DNA from: Bdellovibrionales bacterium
Lineage (GTDB): Bacteria > Bdellovibrionota > Bdellovibrionia > Bdellovibrionales > UBA1609
NCBI GenBank assembly: GCA_965116155.1
Contig: OZ220488.1
Location: forward strand, 1,496,318 to 1,560,317
DNA length: 64,000 nt
Direction: 5' to 3'
In this document: positions 43,308 through 51,824 of the stretch, piece after piece
Layout of the letters: each line of letters opens with the position of its first letter
How positions within the stretch are numbered: the first letter of the stretch is position 1
Position numbers and translations under genes: made by a program
The notes under the pieces: generated by a model
Databases searched by the model: none
The model's input: the letters and a program-made list of their open reading frames with translations, nothing else
Told to the model about the DNA's origin: nothing

Positions 43308-44900
43308 TTATTCCATGGGTAAATAAGCGGCAATAAAAACTTCAAACAAAAAGGCAACAAGGAGCGCCAAGGCGAGCCAGGGCTCATTCATGTAGAGAGT
43401 GCGTGGAGCTTGAGGGGCAAAAGCAATATCATACACCTGGGTCCACGCAGCATCTAAAGGGCTTTTAGACAGCACGCGCCCATTAGCAAGCACTGCCGTG
43501 CTGATGCCTGTATTGGTCGCCCGCACCAAAGGGCGACGCAGCTCTATTGCACGGGTAAGGGTCATATAAAGGTGCTGCTGGGGCTCGAAGTTTTTGTCAT
43601 ACCAAGAGTCGTTGGTAATATTCACTAACACATCTACCGGCTCATCTGCTCCTCCCAGAGCCACATCGCGCACATAGTGTGCAAACAAAGACTCATAACA
43701 AATAAACGCTCCCAAACGCGCAACCATATCCTCGGTGCCAAAAGAAACTTCAAACGGCGCACCTGCGCCAGGGCCCGGAGTAAAGTTCCCGGCTGGCACA
43801 AGCCTGCGCAGTGAGGGCCATATTTTGCTGCCCGGCACGTACTCCCCAAACATCAACAAATGGTGCTTGCTGTACACTTGCGACTGCTGTGCAGGCACCG
43901 TATTTTGCAACAGCACCATCGCCGTTGTGTGCTGCCGGGCTTTCATATCATAAGAGTACGCACCCGTTAAAAGTGGCAGGTTCCACTGTTGTAGTTTTTG
44001 GACGAGGCGTTTTTGCTTGGGCATAAGAGGCACATGGGGCGAAAACACAAACCTTAAGGCGGTTTCGGGCCATAAAATGAGATCGGGTTTTTGCTTGGCC
44101 CTTTGCAAAGCGCTTTGGGTTAAGCTCCAATAGTGCTCGGCCGCAAGAGCTTTGGGAGATAAGTGCGGGTGGTGCGGTAAAAAAGAGATATGCCCAATGT
44201 TACCCTGCACGACTAGGACTTTTAAACTTTGCTCTGGCTGCGGTAAGCGCTGCTTAAGGTATTGCCCCGAAATATGCGCCCCCCCCCACACGCTAACTAA
44301 GCACAAGCTGGGTAAGAGGATTTTTTTTGCCCTTAAGCCCCAGAGCGCAAAAATGTTACTTAGCACAATCAAGCTACCCATGCCTTGTATTCCTACTAGC
44401 TCGGCGTTGTGCACCCAAGCTACATAGGGTTCCAGTGGCATAAGGGTGTAGCCCAAGTGCCACCTAAAAATACCGGGCAAGTGCGCACACAAAGCAATGC
44501 AAGACAAAACCATCGTCGAGTTGGGTAAGGTATAAGGCGAGGTGTTGGGGCGCAAGCGTTGTCCTAGGCGCCTAAGCCCCCACCACAAAGCTCCTGCTGC
44601 CATTAAAAAGTAATTAGCAAAACTACTAAACCCCAAAAGTACTAGCAAGCTAATGGGCCAAGGTAGCCTGCCAAATTTGTGGGCGGTTTCGGCGATCCAC
44701 CAAAAGCCTATTAGGCTGAGTATAAAAGAGCACAACCACCCTCCAAAGAGTATGCGCTTGAGGTCGTGCGCGTGCTTTTGCCAAAAAAGCGCTAGGGGCA
44801 CAAAGCAAAAAAACACCCCCCAGGGCCAAAAGGGCAAATAACTAGTGCCCACCAAGATGCCGGACAACACGGGGGCTAGGCATAGCTTTAAAAAGGCCAT
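43308..44900 (-). CDS. lnt: apolipoprotein N-acyltransferase
   Basis: 530 aa. N-terminal polytopic membrane part, then a C-terminal nitrilase-like domain (ILWPETA, ICYESLF, NITNDSWY). Confidence 0.88.
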   Translation of the reverse strand: MAFLKLCLAPVLSGILVGTSYLPFWPWGVFFCFVPLALFWQKHAHDLKRILFGGWLCSFILSLIGFWWIAETAHKFGRLPWPISLLVLLGFSSFANYFLMAAGALWWGLRRLGQRLRPNTSPYTLPNSTMVLSCIALCAHLPGIFRWHLGYTLMPLEPYVAWVHNAELVGIQGMGSLIVLSNIFALWGLRAKKILLPSLCLVSVWGGAHISGQYLKQRLPQPEQSLKVLVVQGNIGHISFLPHHPHLSPKALAAEHYWSLTQSALQRAKQKPDLILWPETALRFVFSPHVPLMPKQKRLVQKLQQWNLPLLTGAYSYDMKARQHTTAMVLLQNTVPAQQSQVYSKHHLLMFGEYVPGSKIWPSLRRLVPAGNFTPGPGAGAPFEVSFGTEDMVARLGAFICYESLFAHYVRDVALGGADEPVDVLVNITNDSWYDKNFEPQQHLYMTLTRAIELRRPLVRATNTGISTAVLANGRVLSKSPLDAAWTQVYDIAFAPQAPRTLYMNEPWLALALLVAFLFEVFIAAYLPME

Positions 44901-44935
44901 ATGATTTTATGTTGTATACTAGTTAGGGGGGCAGG

Positions 44936-45694
44936 GTGAAGCTTTTAGGTGTGCTGGTTTTTTTGTGTTCTGTGGTGTACGTGGGGTGGGCAAATGTATG
45001 GGGGGCTAAAACGGAGCGCAGCCCATTGGAGTTTTTACCGCCCAATTATGAAAATATCGAAAGATTCAGCTTTGGTTATCAGGACAATATTGCCGACAGC
45101 CTATGGTTGAGGCTTGTGCAGGACTACCATTACTGTGGACAGCAGAATCTGAAAAAACAAGGCATCGAAAAAGGAGTGGATCAGTCTATTTTTGGCCCGG
45201 ACCGTGTTATGAACTGCAATAAGGGCTGGGTGTACCATATGTTAAAAAGCATTTTGCAGCTGTCGCCGCATTTTTTGGGCCCAGCGCGCACGGGGGGCAT
45301 TATGCTTAGCGTGGCGGTGGACGATGTGCATGGGGCGACAGAGGTGTACGACTTGGCTATTAAGGGCTTTCCGCACAATTGGAACATTTTGTATTCCGCG
45401 GCTTATCACAACCTGTTTGAGACTAAGGATAAGGACATGGCTGCGGACCTTTTGGTGCGTGCGGGTAGACTGGGTGCTCCGTGGTGGGTGTTTAGTTTGG
45501 CGTCTGAAATTTACACCGAAGGAGGCAGCATAAGGGTGGCTTACCGCACCTTGCTGGACCTTTATGCGGATGAAAAAGACCGCGATCCCAACAGTGATTT
45601 GCTTAAAAGCCTGGAGGTGGAGTTGGAAGAAGTGCGCAAAGAGGCCAGCCGCAAGGGAGTTGCTTTGCCCAACTTGAGCGCGTATGGGTACTAA
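44936..45694 (+). CDS. hypothetical membrane-anchored/secreted protein (252 aa)
   Basis: GTG start after aggggggcagg. N-terminal hydrophobic LLGVLVFLCSVVYVGWA. No family recognised. Confidence 0.5.
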   Translation: MKLLGVLVFLCSVVYVGWANVWGAKTERSPLEFLPPNYENIERFSFGYQDNIADSLWLRLVQDYHYCGQQNLKKQGIEKGVDQSIFGPDRVMNCNKGWVYHMLKSILQLSPHFLGPARTGGIMLSVAVDDVHGATEVYDLAIKGFPHNWNILYSAAYHNLFETKDKDMAADLLVRAGRLGAPWWVFSLASEIYTEGGSIRVAYRTLLDLYADEKDRDPNSDLLKSLEVELEEVRKEASRKGVALPNLSAYGY

Positions 45695-45714
45695 TCTAAT
45701 GAGGTACTAAGCCA

Positions 45715-46134
45715 GTGGAGCCTATAAAGCTAAACCTGTCGGCATTAGAGAAAACCATTAAATCACTGGAGCGCTCTTTAGAGCTTTGTGATGAGTTTAA
45801 GGGTACAAAGAAGCTGCAAGAGGCTTTGCGAGAGAGTGTTATTCAGTCGTTTGAGGTGTGTTATGAGGTTGCGCGCAGATTAATGTTTCGGTACCTAAAA
45901 CAGGCCACAGATGAGCGCGTGGATGAGATGGCGGTGCATGATGTGTTTAGGCTGGGGCATAGGAGTGGAATTTTGTCTCATGTATCTAGCTGGTTTGAGT
46001 ATAGAAAAAAAAGAAACCTAACCAGCCATATTTATAATGCCGATATAGCGGAAGAGGTTTTTTGTGCAGCGGCGCCTTTTTTAAAGGATGCTAAGTTTTT
46101 GTTAAAAAAATTAGAGGAAAAGATTGAAGCTTGA
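45715..46134 (+). CDS. hepT: HI0074-family nucleotidyltransferase substrate-binding (HEPN) protein, putative type VII toxin
   Basis: 139 aa. LS.LEK.IKSLE..LE start and the helical pattern typical of HI0074-like proteins; R....H-like RNLTSH near the C-terminus. Paired with an MNT gene. Confidence 0.7.
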   Translation: MEPIKLNLSALEKTIKSLERSLELCDEFKGTKKLQEALRESVIQSFEVCYEVARRLMFRYLKQATDERVDEMAVHDVFRLGHRSGILSHVSSWFEYRKKRNLTSHIYNADIAEEVFCAAAPFLKDAKFLLKKLEEKIEA

Positions 46135-46423
46135 TCTAGCGCCGCGCTATGAGGAGGCGGTTAAAAAAATTTTTCTTCGGCACTTGCCCCATGCTAAGGT
46201 GTGGGCTTTTGGCTCTCGGGTGAGTGGGTCTGCTGTAGAGACTTCCGATTTGGACCTTGTAATTGTTGCGGACGAAAAAACAAACTTTAAAGCGCTTAGC
46301 TTGTTGCAGGTGGATTTTGAGGAGTCCGACATCCCCTTTAAGGTGGATGTTTTGGACTGGCAGCGGCTTTCTGCAGACTTTCAAAAAGTCATCAAAAACC
46401 AATACATTGTTTTTATAAGTTAG
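46124..46423 (+). CDS. mntA: minimal nucleotidyltransferase (MNT), putative antitoxin
   Basis: 99 aa. GSRVSGSAVETSDLDLVIV (G-S ... D-x-D polymerase-beta-type motif). TTG start overlaps the HEPN gene by 11 nt. Confidence 0.75.
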   Translation: MKLDLAPRYEEAVKKIFLRHLPHAKVWAFGSRVSGSAVETSDLDLVIVADEKTNFKALSLLQVDFEESDIPFKVDVLDWQRLSADFQKVIKNQYIVFIS

Positions 46424-46835
46424 TGCGTAAGCATTAGAGCGCTAGGAAAATGCCCTGGGATAAAGCGCAGTCTCTAGCGCAACCCCCTTTAGGGGGTGTC
46501 CGCGATAGAGACAAGTGTCCCGCAGGGCATTTTCCGACCTATGAAGCTACTATGGCCCTGCGGCTTTGGATGTCCTAGGTCCAAAGCCGCGACACTTCCG
46601 TCAAAGTTCCGTGCGTTGAGTAAACACAAATTAGAGCGCTAGCCTAATATTCTGGGCAAAGCGCAGTCTCCCTGATAGCGCCTGAAAGGCGCGGCCATCA
46701 GGGAGATAAGCGCCCCACAGAATATTAGGCGGCCTATAAGGGATCTATGGCCCTGCGGCTTTGGATGTCCTAGGTCCAAAGCCGCGACACTTCCGTCAAA
46801 GTTCCGTGCGTTGAGTAAACACAAATTAGAGCGCT
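46424..46835. repeat. two tandem A-B-C repeat units
   Basis: Module C plus A (ctatggccctgcggctttggatgtcctaggtccaaagccgcgacacttccgtcaaagttccgtgcgttgagtaaacacaaattagagcgctag) is identical in both units. Hairpin B differs almost completely (ggaaaatgccctggga... versus cctaatattctgggc...). Confidence 0.9.
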
Positions 46836-46959
46836 AGTAAAATAAAATGGGGCAATAAGAGCCAACCTCAGAACAGCCTCTTTAAGACTGGCATATGTCC
46901 TGTGGACGATTCTGGGGCGCCTTGCTTGAGCTGCAGGGGTGTGGTGATAGCAGGAGCTC

Positions 46960-47810
46960 AGGTAGACGGATGGCTTGTAGTAGCTTTATAGGCCGCAAAA
47001 CAAACTCGGGCCTTTCGTTTGTCCCAAGGATAGACGCGCCTGAGCTGCCCTTGGGACTGCACTTTCTGGCAAGAGGTGTCCATGGCGTTAAGTTAATCTG
47101 GCAGCTTAGGTCACGCCTTGGTTTATCGCGATCAATAAAGCCCGGACGCAGGCGACATTGTTTTTCTCGGCTTATATAAATCGCACTTGCGGGTACGGGC
47201 TTAGACCTAACCTGCAGGGCCATAGACAGCTTCATAGACCGCCAAAACACCTCTTGGCTTTCCGCTTGCCTGGAGCACCCAAGGGTGCTCATCAGGCTGC
47301 GCTTCCAGCAAGAGGTGTCCATGGCGTTAAGTTAATCTGGCAGCTTAGGTCATGCCTTGGTTTATCGCGATCAATAAAGCCCGGACGCAGGCGACATTGT
47401 TTTTCTCGGCTTATATAAATCGCACTTGCGGGTACGGGCTTAGACCTAACCTGCAGGGCCATAGACAGCTTCATAGACCGCCAAAACACCTCTTGGCTTT
47501 CCGCTTGCCTGGAGCACCCAAGGGTGCTCATCAGGCTGCGCTTCCAGCAAGAGGTGTCCATGGCGTTAAGTTAATCTGGCAGCTTAGGTCACGCCTTGGT
47601 TTATCGCGATCAATAAAGCCCGGACGCAGGCGACATTGTTTTTCTCGGCTTATATAAATCGCACTTGCGGGTACGGGCTTAGACCTAACCTGCAGGGCCA
47701 TAGACAGCTTCATAGACCGCCAAAACACCTCTTGGCTTTCCGCTTGCCTGGAGCACCCAAGGGTGCTCATCAGGCTGCGCTTCCAGCAAGAGGTGTTTTG
47801 GCTAGTCTGT
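46960..47810. repeat. module E followed by a 239-bp tandem repeat x3 (47071-47787)
   Basis: aagaggtgtc recurs at 47071, 47310 and 47549, with aagaggtgtt at 47788, giving a 239-bp period. Units are near-identical (for example tcacgcc / tcatgcc / tcacgcc). Each ends in a family-H hairpin. Confidence 0.95.
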
Positions 47811-47821
47811 AACTTTAACTT

Positions 47822-47898
<77 letters not shown>

Positions 47899-47913
47899 CT
47901 TCGTATAATAATT

Positions 47914-48783
47914 CTACTTAAGGCCCACAATATAAGCCACCCAAGAATCCACCTCCTCCTGCGTAGCTTCGCATGCAGCAAAATCTCCACTCCCCTCGCC
48001 CTCTGGCGTAGTACCTTCCCAGTACACCAAGCAGCGTTTGAACCCAACCTCTAAAAGAATATCCTTCAGCTCACGCATTCCCCAAAGGCGCCAATCGTAC
48101 TCGAACACCTTTTCATACTTGCGCCCCTTGAAGGGCCGAAAATGTATCCAAAACTTCCCCTCTTGATTAATGGGGTCATAAAAATCCTGATCCCAATAAT
48201 AGGTGAACTTATTGCCATGGCGCGTAGACTCCTCCACTGCACCCATAACATCTCTACCACCAAAACAGTCTAAAACAAAAATGCCATCCCTCTTTAAGCG
48301 CCGCAAGCTAGAGGCAAAATAAGCCCGCATTTGAGCGCGCTCCTTTAGCACAAAATAAGAAAAATTCTGCGCCACCACAATATCTAAACCCCCAGGTAGG
48401 TCTTGATCTAACACACTTGCTCTGCACAATTGCAGGCGTGATTTTTCGTCCTTGCTTAGCTCGGCTCCATAAACCCGTTGCCCATAATCCAAAGGCTCCT
48501 GGTCCATGTCCACACCCACAGCTCTTCTATGAGCGCCTGCCTTTATCCACTCGCAACTAATTGCAAAAGTCCCGCAAAAATCCTCCCCCAATCGTTGGGC
48601 AGGTTTATTGCGCAGGTCTTTATAAGCCTGATCCAAAAACTCCACATCCCTCTCCGGCGATTGCACAGCTTCACGATAATAAGCGTACTTATCAAAAACT
48701 TTGCCCAAACCCGATGTGCCTTTACGCCGCCGAACCATGGCCTGTTGTATTAACACACTCAGAACCTTAATGCCATGCATCAA
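47914..48783 (-). CDS. class I SAM-dependent methyltransferase
   Basis: 289 aa. LGEDFCGTFAIS (motif I-like) followed by VGVDMD (acidic motif II). Substrate unknown. Confidence 0.6.
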   Translation of the reverse strand: MMHGIKVLSVLIQQAMVRRRKGTSGLGKVFDKYAYYREAVQSPERDVEFLDQAYKDLRNKPAQRLGEDFCGTFAISCEWIKAGAHRRAVGVDMDQEPLDYGQRVYGAELSKDEKSRLQLCRASVLDQDLPGGLDIVVAQNFSYFVLKERAQMRAYFASSLRRLKRDGIFVLDCFGGRDVMGAVEESTRHGNKFTYYWDQDFYDPINQEGKFWIHFRPFKGRKYEKVFEYDWRLWGMRELKDILLEVGFKRCLVYWEGTTPEGEGSGDFAACEATQEEVDSWVAYIVGLK

Positions 48784-49025
48784 ATGGTTTACTCAATGCA
48801 CGGAGCTTTGACGAGAGTATCGCCGCTTTGTCCCATACTATTGGGCTAGCACTCTAATTGCGTTTCAACTTGGCCCGGGTTTTGCATGGGTCAGCTGTCT
48901 AGCGCGCAAAAATGCTTCAGGCAGGACCACTTGTCCATCTGATGGCCCGCGCCTGGCAGCGCTATCAGCTGGACTGCGTAGGGCTGAAGACATTTTTGCT
49001 GGCGCTTTTATGCTTACGCAAGCAA
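48784..49025. repeat. mosaic repeat block (reverse C, reverse A, family-D hairpin element)
   Basis: gtttactcaatgcacggagctttgacgagagtatcgc, then ctagcactctaattgcg, then the D element 48893-49019 with the same flanks as 36983-37108 but a different interior. Confidence 0.85.
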
Positions 49026-49042
49026 GCCATATGGGGGCTTAG

Positions 49043-50326
49043 ATGCATCGCGCAATAGTTTCTCTATTTATTGGGCTCTTGATTTTGGGCTCTTTGTCCC
49101 ATGGGGCGAGGGAGTTTTTTAGCTTAGGGGTGGGGGATGCGCACTATATCAGCGCCGAAGGAGTGCAAAAGGTGCTGGTACAAAAAGAGGGGGTGGTGCG
49201 CGTAGAGCCGGTGGAAGATGGGCGGGTTAAGGTGGTGGCTTTGGCCCCAGGGAGCGTGTTGGTGCGCGCACAGGGAGCCCATGGCGAGAGGGTGTACAGT
49301 GTCAGGGTGCATGCGCAAAGTGCGTTGCAGCACTTTCAAAAAATCAAGCAAGTTGCACAAAAAGCCAAGGGTTTAAGCGCGCACTTGTTGGGTGGTCGTA
49401 CCTACGTGCGGGGGCGGCTTAATAAAATGCAAGACTGGCACGACCTGGCGGCCTTGAGGGTGCCGTATAGTTTTTCGGCTCTAGTGCCTAAGGCTTTGCG
49501 GTTGCAGAGTTTGTTGTTTTTTTCAGAGCTTTCGCAGGCGCATCATTTACCTGTGCCACTGATATATTTTTATCCTGAGACTTATGTGAGCTTGGGTGGT
49601 GCTAAAGACAGCCTAGATCTAAACCGTGTGCGCAGTCTGTTTAAAGCCTATGGTTTAACCGTGCACCACAATCCACAGCAGCTACTGATAGAGCCCACTT
49701 TGCGCATACAGGTTGTGCTAGCGGAGGTGAACCTTAAATCCAGCCGTCTTTATGGTCTTAACTGGGGCAGTGGTTATGAGGCCGAGCTTTTTAAAGCCAG
49801 TCCCAAGTGGCCGAGTTTAAAGGTGGCCTTGAATGCCATGGCCACCAAAGGGCATGGGCAAATACTAGCGGCGCCGACTCTTTTGTGCCGCAACAAAGGT
49901 GAGGCTAAGTTTTTAGCTGGCGGCGAGTTTGCGGTTGTAAGGCAAATCAGCCGCTTTCGTAGCAGTGTCAGCTGGAAAGAGCACGGCATAAAGCTAACAC
50001 TAAAGCCCCAAGTGCGGCGTAATGGGCGGATGAAGCTTGATGTAGATATTGGGATTTCTCTTATAGATGAATCTCAAAAAATACCCGGCGGTATGCCGGC
50101 GCTTAAAACCAACAAAGTGTCTACACAGTTTGATCTTAACTCCAGCCAGAGCGTTTATTTGTCGGGCCTGATTAGGCGTAGCTTGGGCCGGTCTTCTGAT
50201 GGGCTGCCTTTGCTAAAAGATATTCCAATTTTGGGTGCACTTTTTGGTAGTCGTGCTTTTCAGAAAAACAAAACAGATTTAGTAATTTTTATTACACCAG
50301 AGCTGGTGAACCACAAGCCTATTTAA
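49043..50326 (+). CDS. secretin, CpaC/RcpA-like (427 aa)
   Basis: Signal peptide. N-terminal pilus-assembly beta domain (VLVQKEGVVRVEPVEDGRVKVVALAPGSVLV). C-terminal secretin signature GLPLLKDIPILGALFGS....K.DLVIFITPELV. Confidence 0.8.
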   Translation: MHRAIVSLFIGLLILGSLSHGAREFFSLGVGDAHYISAEGVQKVLVQKEGVVRVEPVEDGRVKVVALAPGSVLVRAQGAHGERVYSVRVHAQSALQHFQKIKQVAQKAKGLSAHLLGGRTYVRGRLNKMQDWHDLAALRVPYSFSALVPKALRLQSLLFFSELSQAHHLPVPLIYFYPETYVSLGGAKDSLDLNRVRSLFKAYGLTVHHNPQQLLIEPTLRIQVVLAEVNLKSSRLYGLNWGSGYEAELFKASPKWPSLKVALNAMATKGHGQILAAPTLLCRNKGEAKFLAGGEFAVVRQISRFRSSVSWKEHGIKLTLKPQVRRNGRMKLDVDIGISLIDESQKIPGGMPALKTNKVSTQFDLNSSQSVYLSGLIRRSLGRSSDGLPLLKDIPILGALFGSRAFQKNKTDLVIFITPELVNHKPI

Positions 50327-50341
50327 GTTTAGGAGGCCCCC

Positions 50342-51520
50342 ATGCAGCAAGCTATTTCTCACCCTCTAATAGAGCACAAGCCCTTGCGGGCTGAGGCTGT
50401 GCCTAATAAAAACTTAGACCCAGAGGTAAAGGGTTATTTTGATAAAATTTTTGAAGAAGCGCAGGTATCTTTAGATTTAGACTTAGCGCAAATACACCAA
50501 ATGAAAAGCACATATGACTGCATTTTTCAAAAATGCGAAGCCCTGCCTCAGAATGTTAAAGGCCGTGTACAGTGTGAGTTTTTTGGCTTAGGGCCTCTAG
50601 ATGCTTTGGTTGCTTGTCCAAGAGTGACGGAGGTTATTATTAACTCGTATAACAATATTTGGTTTGAAGAGGGTGGCGGGCTAAAGAGGCTTAAAGATAG
50701 TTTTTTGTCGCACATTACTTATACGAACTTTGTTTTAAGGCTTTGTCAGCAAAGCCAGGTGCAAACCCATTTGAATCAGCCCTTTGTAGACACCATGTGG
50801 CGCGGTTTCAGGGTGCATATTATCCAGCCCCCTTTGGTAAAGGGCCAGGTGCATATGTGCCTAAGGCGTCACCCTGATAGCCCTTGGACTTTGGAGCGTT
50901 TGCAGGAGGCTAATTGGTGTACGGCACAAGAGGCAGATTTTTTGTCACTTCTGGTGCGTGATAAAAAAAGCCTGCTCATTGTGGGTCCTACTAGTACAGG
51001 AAAAACATCTGTAATGAATGCTCTAATACAAAAAATCCCTCATAACGAAAGGCTGCTCATTATAGAAGATACCGATGAGCTTAGTTGCCCCAACGCAGCC
51101 AGTGTCAAGCTGTTAACGCGCACGAGTGGCATGGGGCAGTTGCGAGATTATTTGCAAGACGATCTACTGAAGCAGGCGTTACGGATGCGCCCTGATCGCA
51201 TTGCTGTAGGAGAGGCAAGAGGTTCGGAGGCTAAAGATTTGCTTATGGCTTTTGCTACAGGGCATAGTGGTGGCTTTTGCACTCTGCATGCTCAAACAGC
51301 ACACCAGGCTTTGTACAGGCTGGAGATGATGATCCAAATAGGGGCGCCTCAGTGGAGTGTGCAAACTGTGCGTAAACTTATAGGCTTGTGTGTGCCTTAT
51401 ATATTGGTTTTAGAAAACACCAAAGGCAGCCGCAGAATTAAGTCTATAGAGCGGGTGGCGTCTTTAGAGCCTACGGGCTTTTGTTTAGAGCGTATAAATT
51501 GCCATGAATACATGAACTAA
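50342..51520 (+). CDS. CpaF/TadA/VirB11-class secretion ATPase (392 aa)
   Basis: Walker A VGPTSTGKTS, LIIEDTDEL, LRMRPDRIAVGEARGSEA, TGHSGGFCTLHA. AGGAGG RBS. Confidence 0.85.
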   Translation: MQQAISHPLIEHKPLRAEAVPNKNLDPEVKGYFDKIFEEAQVSLDLDLAQIHQMKSTYDCIFQKCEALPQNVKGRVQCEFFGLGPLDALVACPRVTEVIINSYNNIWFEEGGGLKRLKDSFLSHITYTNFVLRLCQQSQVQTHLNQPFVDTMWRGFRVHIIQPPLVKGQVHMCLRRHPDSPWTLERLQEANWCTAQEADFLSLLVRDKKSLLIVGPTSTGKTSVMNALIQKIPHNERLLIIEDTDELSCPNAASVKLLTRTSGMGQLRDYLQDDLLKQALRMRPDRIAVGEARGSEAKDLLMAFATGHSGGFCTLHAQTAHQALYRLEMMIQIGAPQWSVQTVRKLIGLCVPYILVLENTKGSRRIKSIERVASLEPTGFCLERINCHEYMN

Positions 51521-51552
51521 ATACATGAACTAATTTTTTTGCTGCATCTGCA

Positions 51553-51824
51553 TGGTAGTATAAAAAGCATGCAAAATGAGAGGTTCTCTCTGGGGGGTCC
51601 TATAGTGCACGAAATATGTAACTTGTCGCAGGTTTAAGTATTAGCCCTTGTGCACTGAAGTATGTTCTCCGGCTGACTCTGGCGCAAGTTAGGGCGCTAG
51701 ACAGCTAAAAGGCATCTATGTGCCTGTAAGACATATTGTCAAAGCTCTAATATGGTATGAGAGCTCGCCAGCCGGAAGCCGGAGAACATACTTCAGTCAC
51801 GATGTGGTAGTATAAAAAGCATGC
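51553..51824. repeat. 252-bp insert bounded by 20-bp direct repeats
   Basis: tggtagtataaaaagcatgc occurs at 51553-51572 and 51805-51824. The second copy contains the ATG of the TPR gene. Confidence 0.85.
51654..51797. mobile_element. MITE-like 144-bp element with perfect 20-bp terminal inverted repeats
   Basis: actgaagtatgttctccggc (51654-51673) is the exact reverse complement of gccggagaacatacttcagt (51778-51797). The interior carries reverse family-D flank gcgctagacagct. Confidence 0.55.

Noticed and set aside
35092-47810. CRISPR array hypothesis for the 197-bp and 239-bp tandem arrays
   Set aside because: The units are contiguous with no unique spacers, are far longer than CRISPR repeats, and no cas genes are present.
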